The notes under the pieces: model-generated | What the model was told of the DNA's origin: nothing | Database searches by the model: none | Seen by the model: only the letters and a program-made list of their open reading frames with translations | Translations under genes and position numbers: made by a program | In this document: positions 39,588 to 47,952 of the stretch, piece after piece | Position numbering within the stretch: the first letter of the stretch is position 1 | Layout: every line of letters begins with the position of its first letter | Source: an uncultured Gammaproteobacteria bacterium | GTDB taxonomy: Bacteria; Patescibacteriota; Microgenomatia; Daviesbacterales; UBA10151 | Direction of reading: 5' to 3' | Length of the DNA stretch: 64,000 nt | NCBI GenBank assembly: GCA_964405655.1 | Contig: CAYOOO010000001.1 | Span: 89,083 to 153,082, forward strand

Positions 39588-39800
39588 TTTTCGAAATCGT
39601 AAACGATTTCGAGTCAAAATTCCCCAGGAATTTTGGGAAAAACACACACTAATTATACTTTGAGTTTATATCTAAGGCAAGCATTCGAGCACGAAAAACC
39701 CCGCCTTGCGGCGGGATTCTTCGAGAACTCGTCTTCACAAGGAAAACAAGTGTTAATATCTTACATTATTGTCGCTTCCTTGTCAAATTTATCCATCATC

Positions 39801-39809
39801 TGTTAGTAT
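39801..39809 (+). promoter_or_regulatory. Extended -10 (TGtTAGTAT) 7 nt upstream of the ATG at 39817
   Basis: This supports 39817 (MGKKALITGGAGFIGSH) rather than 39769 as the start of the epimerase gene. Confidence 0.35.
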
Positions 39810-39816
39810 CTTAACA

Positions 39817-40758
39817 ATGGGTAAAAAGGCACTAATTACTGGGGGAGCAGGCTTTATTGGCTCCCATATCCAAGACAAGTTAATTAAGTTGGGACACCAG
39901 ATTGCTATCTTAGACAATCTCCGTTCAGGTAAAAAAGAAAATCTTAACCCTCAGGCTACTTTTTTTAATGTAGATATTAGATCTTTGGAGGATGTTAAAA
40001 AAGTCTTTGACCAATTTCAACCAGAAATCGTCTTTCACTTAGCTGCTCAGAATGAAGTTCCTTATTCAATGGATCATCCAATAGAAGATGAACAGATAAA
40101 TATAGAAGGGACTATTAACATACTGGAGGCTTCCAAAGCTACAGCTGTTAAACAGGTGATTTATTCAAATACTGGTGGAGCATTTTATGGGGATGTAGAA
40201 GAATCAGATCTGCCTATTAAGGAGGATCACATAATTTTAAAGCCAACATCTTTTTATGGAGTCTCAAAACATTGCGCTGAAGAATACTTAAAACTTTATG
40301 GAAATTTATATGGCATAGATTGGGTTTCTTTAAGGTATTCAAATGTTTATGGCCCCAGGCAAGATGGGAATAAAGAAGCTGGGGTAGTGGCAATTTTTAC
40401 ACAAAAACTTTTAAATAAAGAGCAACCAACTATAAATGGGGATGGTAGACATACTAGAGATTATGTTCATGTCTTTGATGTGGTTGAGGCAAATATTAAA
40501 GCTATGAATTATGACAAAAATGATTTCTTTAATATTTCAACTGGAGTTAGAACTTCCAATTTAGAGGTTTTTCAAACAATAGAAGAGGAACTAAAAACAA
40601 GCATTGAGGTTATGTTTGGTCCAGAAAGAGCAGGCGATGCACTTCATAGTAGTCTCTCTCCCAGGAAAGCCAAAGAGCTTCTTCTCTGGCAGCCAAAATA
40701 TGACTTTAAATCAGGTATTAAGCAAGCTGTAGAATACTATCTAAAAAAGAACAATTAA
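39817..40758 (+). CDS. UDP-glucose 4-epimerase-like NAD-dependent epimerase
   Basis: GGAGFIGSH Rossmann motif, catalytic YGVSKHCAE (YxxxK), and GalE-like length. The track ORF starts at 39769, but the Rossmann motif begins right after the M at 39817. Confidence 0.8.
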   Translation: MGKKALITGGAGFIGSHIQDKLIKLGHQIAILDNLRSGKKENLNPQATFFNVDIRSLEDVKKVFDQFQPEIVFHLAAQNEVPYSMDHPIEDEQINIEGTINILEASKATAVKQVIYSNTGGAFYGDVEESDLPIKEDHIILKPTSFYGVSKHCAEEYLKLYGNLYGIDWVSLRYSNVYGPRQDGNKEAGVVAIFTQKLLNKEQPTINGDGRHTRDYVHVFDVVEANIKAMNYDKNDFFNISTGVRTSNLEVFQTIEEELKTSIEVMFGPERAGDALHSSLSPRKAKELLLWQPKYDFKSGIKQAVEYYLKKNN

Positions 40759-40808
40759 TCCCCTGGGCTTGGATAACAACAAGATTTTTGCTAAAATTTA
40801 GCTCACAT

Positions 40809-40882
40809 GCCGCGTTCGTCTAGTGGCCTAGGACATCGGGCTTTCATCCCGAAAATCACGGGTTCGACTCCCGTACGCGGTA
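40809..40882 (+). tRNA. tRNA-Glu (anticodon UUC)
   Basis: GCCGCGT-TC-GTCT-AGTGGCCTAGGAC-A-TCGGG-CTTTCAT-CCCGA-AAATC-ACGGG-TTCGACT-CCCGT-ACGCGGT-A, with a G1·U72 wobble. Confidence 0.8.
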
Positions 40883-40887
40883 CGAAT

Positions 40888-40920
40888 TAAAAAGTCCGGT
40901 CTCTATGACCGGTTTTTTTA
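40888..40920. terminator. Bidirectional intrinsic terminator (AAAAAGT-CCGGTC-tctat-GACCGG-TTTTTTT)
   Basis: A 6-bp GC-rich stem flanked by an A-tract and a T-tract, directly after tRNA-Glu. Confidence 0.6.
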
Positions 40921-41049
40921 ATTTTATCTGTGCTTGGGAAAGAACTATGCACGCACAAAGTTGTGTCGTGCAGGTTCGACGTTTTTGACGAAGTCAAAAA
41001 GGAAAGGTTCTCGAGCGAAGTGAGAGGCTCTTACTCCCGTACGCGGTAC
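40921..41049 (+). mobile_element. Small tRNA-Glu 3'-flanking insert ending in a 17-nt direct repeat of tRNA nt 58-74 (41033-41049 repeats 40867-40883). It contains the same 27-nt hairpin core as the tRNA-Asp insert.
   Basis: The direct repeat is ACTCCCGTACGCGGTAC. The core GTTCGACGTTTTTGACGAAGTCAAAAA lies at 40974-41000, identical and in the same orientation relative to the tRNA as at the Asp locus. No ORF is present. Confidence 0.4.
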
Positions 41050-41060
41050 AAAAAGAGAGG

Positions 41061-41621
41061 CTAATTAGTTTTACCTGTTAGGAGTGCATCAATAATATCA
41101 TGGGGTAAGGCTGCAGCTGAAAGAAGTGCTTTCCTGACTAGTCCTCCGGCTTCTGAACCTATTTCATCAGCAGCTTTGAGGGTTCCAATAACTGCATCTT
41201 TAGCCAGCTCCCCACTGTCTGCTCCAATATCCGAAGCTGCACTGATTGCTCCTTCTACTGCTCCAACAGCTGCTCCAGCAATGTCCCCGCCAACGTTATG
41301 AACACTTCTGATAGTTTCTGAAGCAACCTGTTCTGTGGTAGTAGTAACATCGCCGCCTGTCTCTTTAACACCCTCAATAGCACCAGTTACCAGTCCGGCG
41401 ATGGCCTTAGTTAATGAAACACCTGTCTCTGAAACAACCTTGACTCCATCGGAGATAACTGAAGCTGAAACATCCATCGAGGTTGAAGCTACATCGCCGC
41501 CCGCCTTTAGCGATTGGACAATGTTCGTTTTGGTGACATCACGGGTAGTAGCAAAAACATCACCAATACCACTGACTACTGAATTTAAAGCATCCCTTAA
41601 CTCATCAGCAATATTAGCCAT
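41061..41621 (-). CDS. Hypothetical Gly/Ala/Val/Thr-rich protein with about seven tandem repeats of about 22 aa (G-G-D-V/I…)
   Basis: 186 aa with no TM segment. There is a recurring GGDV(A/T)…V…I unit. TTGACA-18-TAATCT lies upstream, 8 nt from the ATG. Confidence 0.4.
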   Translation of the reverse strand: MANIADELRDALNSVVSGIGDVFATTRDVTKTNIVQSLKAGGDVASTSMDVSASVISDGVKVVSETGVSLTKAIAGLVTGAIEGVKETGGDVTTTTEQVASETIRSVHNVGGDIAGAAVGAVEGAISAASDIGADSGELAKDAVIGTLKAADEIGSEAGGLVRKALLSAAALPHDIIDALLTGKTN

Positions 41622-41772
41622 TTTTACTAGATTAGCATAATTTTACGAACTGTGTCAACAATTAGCCCCGTTTTTTCTCTAACCTTTCTCTTACAAAAAA
41701 CTATCAATTTTTTTAAAAAAATCTGCTACTATTTTAAGCAAGTTATGATCTATCAGAGTTAACTGTCTATGG

Positions 41773-41803
41773 TTAAGCTATATCAAACCGCCCCTGAGCT
41801 AGG
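41773..41803 (+). terminator. Orphan intrinsic terminator (CCGCCCCT-gagct-AGGGGCGG followed by TTTTTT) in a divergent intergenic region
   Basis: An 8-bp GC stem with a T6 tract on the plus strand. No plus-strand CDS ends upstream of it. Confidence 0.5.
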
Positions 41804-41859
41804 GGCGGTTTTTTAAAAGCTAATTTTATGTATTTTAAGTATAATAAAAAGCAGGGTTT

Positions 41860-42816
41860 ATGAATTGGGTAGATCTTCTGATTTTGCTGGTATTAATACT
41901 TTTTATTTTGGATGGAGTTGGGAAAAGATTCTTTTGGGAATTACTAGATCTTTTTTCTTTCATAATGGCTTTTCTGCTGTCCCTAAGATTTTATAATTTG
42001 GCAGCTGACTTTTTAGATAACAATCTTAATGTCCCTCATTCTCTTTCAAATGTTTTGGGTTTTATCACAATCTGGTTTCTGGTGGAGTCGCTGCTTTTTT
42101 CTATAATCCATCTATCACTGCTTAGGCATAAATTCATTACCGAGGTGGAAAAACCACTGAATCGTTTCTCTTTTATCCCATCTTTTTTAAGGGGTTTGAT
42201 TTTTATTACTGTCATACTTTTACTGGTTGGAATATTTCCCATCCAGCCGAAGTTAAAGTCAGCTGTTGAGGGATCTCAAATCGGCTCCAGACTCTTATCC
42301 CAAGCAGTCCGGCTAGAAACTCCTTTTAAAAAAGTCTTTGGTGGCATCTCACAGGACACCCTTACTTTTCTAACAATTAAACCTAAAAGCGACGAAACTG
42401 TTAATTTAGGTTTTCAGACCAACAACCTTAGGGTTAATTCTATCTTGGAAGATAAGATGATCGATCTGGTTAATGAAGAAAGATCTAAGTTAGGTTTAAA
42501 AATCTTAACTTTTAATTCAGATTTAAGGGATGTTGCCAGGGGTCATAGTACTGATATGTTTCAACGGGGTTACTTCTCTCACAATTCGCCTGAGGGAAAA
42601 AATGTGGCTGATAGAGCAGAAGAAAAGGGTATTAAATACTTAGTAATAGGCGAGAATTTAGCTTATGCGCCAGACCTAAGCCTGGCTCATCAGGGCTTAA
42701 TGAATTCAGAGGGTCATCGGGCTAATATTCTATCTGAGGACTACAATAAAATAGGAATTGGCATTATGGATGGGGGTATCTATGGACTTATGATTACCCA
42801 AGTATTTTCAAATTGA
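41860..42816 (+). CDS. CvpA-family membrane domain fused to a C-terminal CAP/SCP (PR-1-like) domain
   Basis: The N-terminus MNWVDLLILLVLILFILDGVGKRF with 4 TM helices matches CvpA. The C-terminus GHSTDM…GYFSHNSPEG…GENLAY…GHRANIL matches CAP. Confidence 0.65.
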   Translation: MNWVDLLILLVLILFILDGVGKRFFWELLDLFSFIMAFLLSLRFYNLAADFLDNNLNVPHSLSNVLGFITIWFLVESLLFSIIHLSLLRHKFITEVEKPLNRFSFIPSFLRGLIFITVILLLVGIFPIQPKLKSAVEGSQIGSRLLSQAVRLETPFKKVFGGISQDTLTFLTIKPKSDETVNLGFQTNNLRVNSILEDKMIDLVNEERSKLGLKILTFNSDLRDVARGHSTDMFQRGYFSHNSPEGKNVADRAEEKGIKYLVIGENLAYAPDLSLAHQGLMNSEGHRANILSEDYNKIGIGIMDGGIYGLMITQVFSN

Positions 42817-43412
42817 TGTTTGATAATAGGCAAAAAGTACTGCTGGGAACTTCTCTGTTGATACTTCTTCTAAGTGGTTACTTGTTTTGGAAAGGTTTAA
42901 CCTCTTTTACAAGTCAACCCACTTCATCTTTGGCTCCACAACAAACCTTAGGAGAAAATACTCCAGCCTCTCCTTCTGACGGGCAAGAACAAGCAGAATA
43001 TAGAGTTACTAAAGTTATTGATGGGGATACTATTGAGATAGATGACAGTGGACAACCTAAAAAACTTCGCTACATTGGTGTTAATACTCCGGAAACTGTT
43101 GACCCCAGAAAAGCTGTTGAGTGTTTTGGAAAAGAAGCTAGTAATGAAAACAAAAGACTTATCGAAGGGCAGAAAGTGATTTTAGAAAAAGATGTTTCAG
43201 AGACTGATAGATTTGACAGGTTCTTAAGATATGTTTTTCTTAAGTTGGATGATGGTAGTCTGCTTTTTATCAATGATTATTTGGTTAGACAAGGTTTTGC
43301 TTATGCCTCAACCTATCCTCCTGATGTCAAATATCAAGAGAAGTTTGCTGAAGCTGAGAAAGAAGCCCGGGATAACAATCGCGGACTTTGGAGTAAGTGT
43401 CAAAGAAGCTAG
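42813..43412 (+). CDS. Membrane-anchored thermonuclease (SNase-like)
   Basis: N-terminal TM segment, and VIDGDTIEIDD…KLRYIGVNTPET, which are Ca2+-nuclease catalytic motifs. Confidence 0.75.
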   Translation: MMFDNRQKVLLGTSLLILLLSGYLFWKGLTSFTSQPTSSLAPQQTLGENTPASPSDGQEQAEYRVTKVIDGDTIEIDDSGQPKKLRYIGVNTPETVDPRKAVECFGKEASNENKRLIEGQKVILEKDVSETDRFDRFLRYVFLKLDDGSLLFINDYLVRQGFAYASTYPPDVKYQEKFAEAEKEARDNNRGLWSKCQRS

Positions 43413-43443
43413 GTGTTTATGTTACTATGTGAAGTAGAAGAAG

Positions 43444-44031
43444 ATGCAAAAGTTTGCCTTCCAGATGGTAGCAATTCTAATAGTTCTATTTGGCGCGCTT
43501 TGGTTCCTTTTTAAATATCAAGGGCAGGGACTTTTTAATATTAATACTCCCGGAGATTTGACAGCTAGTCCATCAAGCAGCAGCGATCCTTTTTTAAGTA
43601 TTAATAAACTTCAAATAGTTGATGCCCAAGCTAGTAACTTCCAGAATGCCAAGGCTACAGTGAAAGTTGGGATAGCGGATACAAAAGAAGAAAGGGCCAA
43701 GGGTTTAGGAGATAGAGACCGCCTAGATTCAGACTCGGGAATGATATTTATCTTTGAGATGGCTGATAAACACCGTTTTTGGATGAAAGGAATGAAGTTT
43801 CCGATAGATTTTATTTGGATAAATGGCGATCGGGTTGTTGATCTACTGCAAAATGTAACCCCACCCAAAGTAGGAGAAAAAGATGAAAACCTGCCCAGAT
43901 ACGAACCGGTTGTTAGCATTGACAAAGTACTTGAGGTTCCAAGCGGTTTTATTGCTTCCCATAACATTAAAGTTGGCGATAAAATAGTGTTTATACTAAA
44001 CGAGAGTCCTAGTCCGGAACCCTCTCAGTAA
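43444..44031 (+). CDS. DUF192 (COG1430) family protein, N-terminally anchored
   Basis: Motif …RFWMKGMKFPIDFIWINGDRVVD… is present. Confidence 0.65.
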   Translation: MQKFAFQMVAILIVLFGALWFLFKYQGQGLFNINTPGDLTASPSSSSDPFLSINKLQIVDAQASNFQNAKATVKVGIADTKEERAKGLGDRDRLDSDSGMIFIFEMADKHRFWMKGMKFPIDFIWINGDRVVDLLQNVTPPKVGEKDENLPRYEPVVSIDKVLEVPSGFIASHNIKVGDKIVFILNESPSPEPSQ

Positions 44032-44035
44032 AAAA

Positions 44036-45493
44036 ATGGATGTACTGCCCGTAAAATCTTTAAGAGAAGAAGATCAAATACTGGTAGGTAAAGAGCTTGT
44101 TAATTTAGCAAAACTGGCTCAAGCCGAATTCCCAGTTGCCTCAGGTGTAGTAGTCATTCCTCCACAGATAAAGCTTAAGACGATCCTAGAGCATTTTGAA
44201 TATAAAGATAAAGAAGTTTTTGAACAAAGCCTTGAGATTATTAAAAAAGAGGTGGCTCAAATTCCTCCTCCAAAAGAGCTGGAGCAAGCCCTGGTTAATA
44301 AAAGAATTGATGTTAAGAAGACTTGGCTTAAGCTTCTTGAGGTTTGGATTAATGAAGTAAGATCAAGAATCTGGCGCGAGGGTTTTAGTAAAAATTTAAC
44401 TAAAAACCTGACAGCTCAGCCTGTATTTTTTATTAAAAAGCTTTCATCATCTGGCAGTTGCTATTATGATTACGAAGAAGACAGATTAAGATTAAAAACA
44501 CTCCACGGTCAAATTACGCCTGATCAATTAAAGAAGTTAGCAGACTTGGTTGTCAGGGCTGATAAAAAACTATTTTTACCAAATATTTACTATTTTATAA
44601 TTGACGGAAGTCTAAAGTTTGTCAAAATCGCCCCCTTTACCCAGCATGAAATTCCTGAAACATCAGAATTTAGTAGGCAAACAAACGGCTCAACTGCCGA
44701 TATAGTTCAATCTAAAAAAGAGACTGCGGTTAAGGTTTTTCTAAAGCTTTCTACTGATCTTAGGATTACTCATAATATTGATGGAGTAGTAATCTCGGCA
44801 GAGTTAGTCAAAGATCAAGACCAAAAAATATTGCAGATAGTTGAGGCTGCTACTTCACTGGGTGAAAATCCCCTGATCTTTAAACTACCAGATTTGATTG
44901 ATTCTTTTGGCGGTGTCAGGGGAACATTAAGATTAATTCATGATCAAAAACTTTTGAAACAGGAAGTTGAAGCATTTCTGTTTGCCCGAAATAAGAAGAG
45001 ACTGCTTAATACCCAAATTGCTATCCCTTTTATTAGGTCAGTCAATGAGTTTGTTCAAATTAAAAGAGATCTGGCAAGTTTGGGTGTAAGCAGAAAAGGC
45101 AGTTTAAAGCTCTGGCTTGAACTGGCTTTACCTGAGAATTTACTCAACCTAGAGGAGTATTTGCTGATTGGGGTCGACGGAGTCATTCTCAATTTGGATG
45201 AATTAGCAGCCTGGATTGGTGGTTTTGATCCAAGTGTAGCTGACTCCGTTTTTTATAAGAGACAGATAAAGGCCTTAATTAAGTTACTAGAAAATTGTTT
45301 GAAGGTTTTGCATAAATCAAAGGTGGCTACCTTAGCATCAGGTAGTTTAACTCTTCATGACGAAGTTATCAGTTTTCTAATAGATAAAGGTATTTGGGCC
45401 ATCGAGGTAGATTTCAGCGAAGTTTCTAGCATTCATGACTATATTGATTTCCATCAAAGGAGAAATTTCCGGGCTAAACTTCCTCCAAGTTAG
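44036..45493 (+). CDS. PEP-utilising-enzyme-like protein (PpsA/PPDK-like N- and C-terminal domains, apparently without the central phospho-His domain)
   Basis: The N-terminus VGKELVNLAKLAQAEFPVASGVVV resembles PPDK_N. The C-terminus …IGVDGVILNLDELAAWIGG… resembles the PEP-utilisers TIM barrel (GTNDLTQ…). Confidence 0.4.
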   Translation: MDVLPVKSLREEDQILVGKELVNLAKLAQAEFPVASGVVVIPPQIKLKTILEHFEYKDKEVFEQSLEIIKKEVAQIPPPKELEQALVNKRIDVKKTWLKLLEVWINEVRSRIWREGFSKNLTKNLTAQPVFFIKKLSSSGSCYYDYEEDRLRLKTLHGQITPDQLKKLADLVVRADKKLFLPNIYYFIIDGSLKFVKIAPFTQHEIPETSEFSRQTNGSTADIVQSKKETAVKVFLKLSTDLRITHNIDGVVISAELVKDQDQKILQIVEAATSLGENPLIFKLPDLIDSFGGVRGTLRLIHDQKLLKQEVEAFLFARNKKRLLNTQIAIPFIRSVNEFVQIKRDLASLGVSRKGSLKLWLELALPENLLNLEEYLLIGVDGVILNLDELAAWIGGFDPSVADSVFYKRQIKALIKLLENCLKVLHKSKVATLASGSLTLHDEVISFLIDKGIWAIEVDFSEVSSIHDYIDFHQRRNFRAKLPPS

Positions 45494-46167
45494 TCTAATC
45501 TGATCAGCATAATCCATTCACCTTTGGGTTTGATTTTGTCAAATTCCTCAAGCCACTCTGTGATTTTTCTTGTTTTAACAGTTTGGTAAATTTTTGTTAA
45601 TTCTCTAGCCAGTGTAATATCAATATCGCCAAAAGTAGCCCTAATCTCTTCAAGTGTCTTGGTTAGTTTATGAGGAGAGACTAAAATGATGAAGGTAGTA
45701 CTGATAATTTCAGCAATAGCTTTTATCATCAGGTAAAATTGCTGTCTTCTTCCGCTCTTTTCTGGAGGGTAACCTAAAAAGAAAAATTTATCTGGTGGTA
45801 GGGAAGATAAAGTGAGGGCAACTATGGGTGAAGCTGGTCCTGGTAAACTATCCACACTAATGCCTTCAAAAATGGCTTGTCTGACTAGTTTATATCCCGG
45901 ATCAGAGATCAGAGGAGTTCCAGCATCAGAGATAAGAGCTAAATTTTGTCCCTCTTTTGTTAGTTTTTCAATTATTAGGGGGGTTATCTTTGATTCGTTG
46001 TAGTCATTTAAAACAATTAAAGGTTTAGTAATTTGAAAGTGGTTTAGAAGCTTAGAGGCGCGTCTGCTGTCTTCACAAATTACTCCATCAACTTGCCTTA
46101 GTGTCTCAAGAGCTCTTAAACTAATATCTTTTAAATTACCAATAGGTGTGGCAATAATATAAAGCAT
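45490..46167 (-). CDS. rsmI: 16S rRNA (cytidine1402-2'-O)-methyltransferase RsmI
   Basis: MLYIIATPIGNLKDISLRALETL tetrapyrrole-methylase fold. The likely start is the ATG at 46167; the track start at 46203 adds 12 atypical residues. Confidence 0.85.
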   Translation of the reverse strand: MLYIIATPIGNLKDISLRALETLRQVDGVICEDSRRASKLLNHFQITKPLIVLNDYNESKITPLIIEKLTKEGQNLALISDAGTPLISDPGYKLVRQAIFEGISVDSLPGPASPIVALTLSSLPPDKFFFLGYPPEKSGRRQQFYLMIKAIAEIISTTFIILVSPHKLTKTLEEIRATFGDIDITLARELTKIYQTVKTRKITEWLEEFDKIKPKGEWIMLIRLD

Positions 46168-46795
46168 GCTTGAAAGTTTAGCAAACTGGATTATTAATGT
46201 CATCTCAACTTTAGGCTACCCGGGTATAGTTTTGACTATGGCAATAGAGTCAGCCTTAATACCTCTACCTTCTGAGGTCATTATGCCTTTTTCAGGGTAT
46301 TTAGTATCTACAGGTAGATTTGATTTAAATCTAGTAGCTCTATCTGGCGCAATCGGTAATGTTTTGGGTTCTTTGCTTGCTTATTGGTTGGGTTACTGGG
46401 GACACGAGAGAGTGGTCAGGAAGTTTTTAAGAAGATGGGGAAAATGGATTTTACACACAGAAGCAGATTTAGATGAGACAGAAAAGTTATTGCACAAGTA
46501 TAAAGACTTGGTAGTCTTTGGGACTAGGGTTTTGCCTGGAATTAGAACAGTTATATCGCTTCCTTGCGGAATTGCCAAACTACCTTTGGGTAGATTTATT
46601 GTCCTGACCTTTATTGGATCGCTAATTTGGTCATACTTCTTAGCTTGGATAGGTTTGATATTAGGTCAAAACTGGCACGATATTGGCCCCTTTTTCCACA
46701 AGCTTGATTTAGTCATTGTTATTTTACTGGTTTTGGTCATTGGGTGGTATATCTATTACAAAATTAAAAAGAACAATCGTCACCATGTCTCTTGA
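46166..46795 (+). CDS. DedA-family membrane protein
   Basis: …IESALIPLPSEVIMPFSGYL…, a DedA/SNARE-associated motif. It is polytopic. Confidence 0.7.
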   Translation: MLESLANWIINVISTLGYPGIVLTMAIESALIPLPSEVIMPFSGYLVSTGRFDLNLVALSGAIGNVLGSLLAYWLGYWGHERVVRKFLRRWGKWILHTEADLDETEKLLHKYKDLVVFGTRVLPGIRTVISLPCGIAKLPLGRFIVLTFIGSLIWSYFLAWIGLILGQNWHDIGPFFHKLDLVIVILLVLVIGWYIYYKIKKNNRHHVS

Positions 46796-46827
46796 TTTTC
46801 CCAATCAATTGAAATATAAAATATTTT

Positions 46828-47253
46828 ATGGGAATAAAAACAAAAGTGACGTTGATCACAATATTTTTTGCGGTTCCAGCATTTTTTTTAGGTGAGATAA
46901 TTTGGCCACCTGCTCCTGAATTTCCAAAACCTAATCACTTTGAGTTATCTTTTTTTCTCATTCTGTCTATTTTAGAGGCTGTGGCTTTTGGACTAGGGTA
47001 CTCACTTATATTTCTAGGACTTCCTCTTTTAAAGAAACGTTCGGGATATACCACATTAACAAAGTTAGCTTACTTTTCTGTTGTCTGGTATTTAATTAAC
47101 TGGTGGCCCCATGACAATATGCATGCTCACAATGGACTTAATCCCCAAGGACTTTTAATAATAGAGTATCTTTTCCATTCTACCTTGATCATAGCTGGAG
47201 CAATTTTGGCGCTATATTTTTACAAGGTTGTTTTGAAAGGAAAATTTAAATAA
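46828..47253 (+). CDS. Hypothetical integral membrane protein (4 TM)
   Basis: Hydrophobic ORF with no motif. It is convergent with lexA. Confidence 0.3.
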   Translation: MGIKTKVTLITIFFAVPAFFLGEIIWPPAPEFPKPNHFELSFFLILSILEAVAFGLGYSLIFLGLPLLKKRSGYTTLTKLAYFSVVWYLINWWPHDNMHAHNGLNPQGLLIIEYLFHSTLIIAGAILALYFYKVVLKGKFK

Positions 47254-47254
47254 T

Positions 47255-47872
47255 TTATTGGAAGCGTCTGATAACGCCAACACATTTGCCTTGGATGCGG
47301 ACATTGGTGCTATAGATTGGTTCCAAAGCAGCATTGGCTGGTTCTAATCTAATTCTGTCTGGCTCCCTGTAAAAGCGTTTCAGAGTTGCCAGTCCGCTAT
47401 CAATCATTGCTACCACTATATCGCCATCCTCAGCAGTATTTTGCTCCTCAATAATGACATAATCTCCATCAAGTATCCCATCCTCAATCATCGAATCACC
47501 CTTAACTTGGAGGACATAAGACCTCTTTTTACCAGATAGTAAGGTAGGAGAAACTGAGACTGTTGCATCAGGATCAGTGTAGGGCATGATAGGTTGTCCA
47601 GCTGCGATAAAGCCCATCAAAGGTAATTCAATGCCTTTGCTTTGAACTGCATACATTTGATCAACTATCTCTATTCCTCTGACTGAACCTTCAAATTTTC
47701 TAATGACTCCTTTTTTAGCTAAAGTTTGAATATGCTCATGAACAGTAGCTAAGGAAGAAACACCAATTGCTTCAGCAATTTCTCCTAAGGTGGGAGAGTA
47801 GCCATATTTTTCAATATAAGCTTTAATAAAGCGAAGAATTTCTTTTTGTTTTCTGTATAAAGTAACAGGCAT
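47255..47872 (-). CDS. lexA: LexA repressor
   Basis: N-terminal wHTH (GEIAEAIGVSSLATVHEHIQTLAKKG) and a C-terminal S24 peptidase with Ser (GDSM) and Lys dyads. Confidence 0.85.
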   Translation of the reverse strand: MPVTLYRKQKEILRFIKAYIEKYGYSPTLGEIAEAIGVSSLATVHEHIQTLAKKGVIRKFEGSVRGIEIVDQMYAVQSKGIELPLMGFIAAGQPIMPYTDPDATVSVSPTLLSGKKRSYVLQVKGDSMIEDGILDGDYVIIEEQNTAEDGDIVVAMIDSGLATLKRFYREPDRIRLEPANAALEPIYSTNVRIQGKCVGVIRRFQ

Positions 47873-47952
47873 ATTTAAGTACTTGATTATATAAGAAACT
47901 TTACCAAATATATACCGAAGCTGTCAATCTATACTTTTTATATCAAACAAGA

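Noticed and set aside
40968-41049. Possibility that the tRNA-Glu and tRNA-Asp inserts are tRNA pseudogenes or intron-containing tRNA 3' halves, because of GGTTCGAC T-loop-like sequences
   Set aside because: No T-stem 5' strand, anticodon arm or D-arm is present upstream of the GTTCGAC. Only nt 58-74 are truly duplicated, so a target duplication or att remnant is the simpler reading.
47873-47952. LexA operator upstream of lexA (Gram-positive type GAAC-N4-GTTC)
   Set aside because: No such palindrome is present in the lexA, uvrB, uvrA, polX or dnaE upstream regions. The LexA box of this lineage is unknown, so no call was made.
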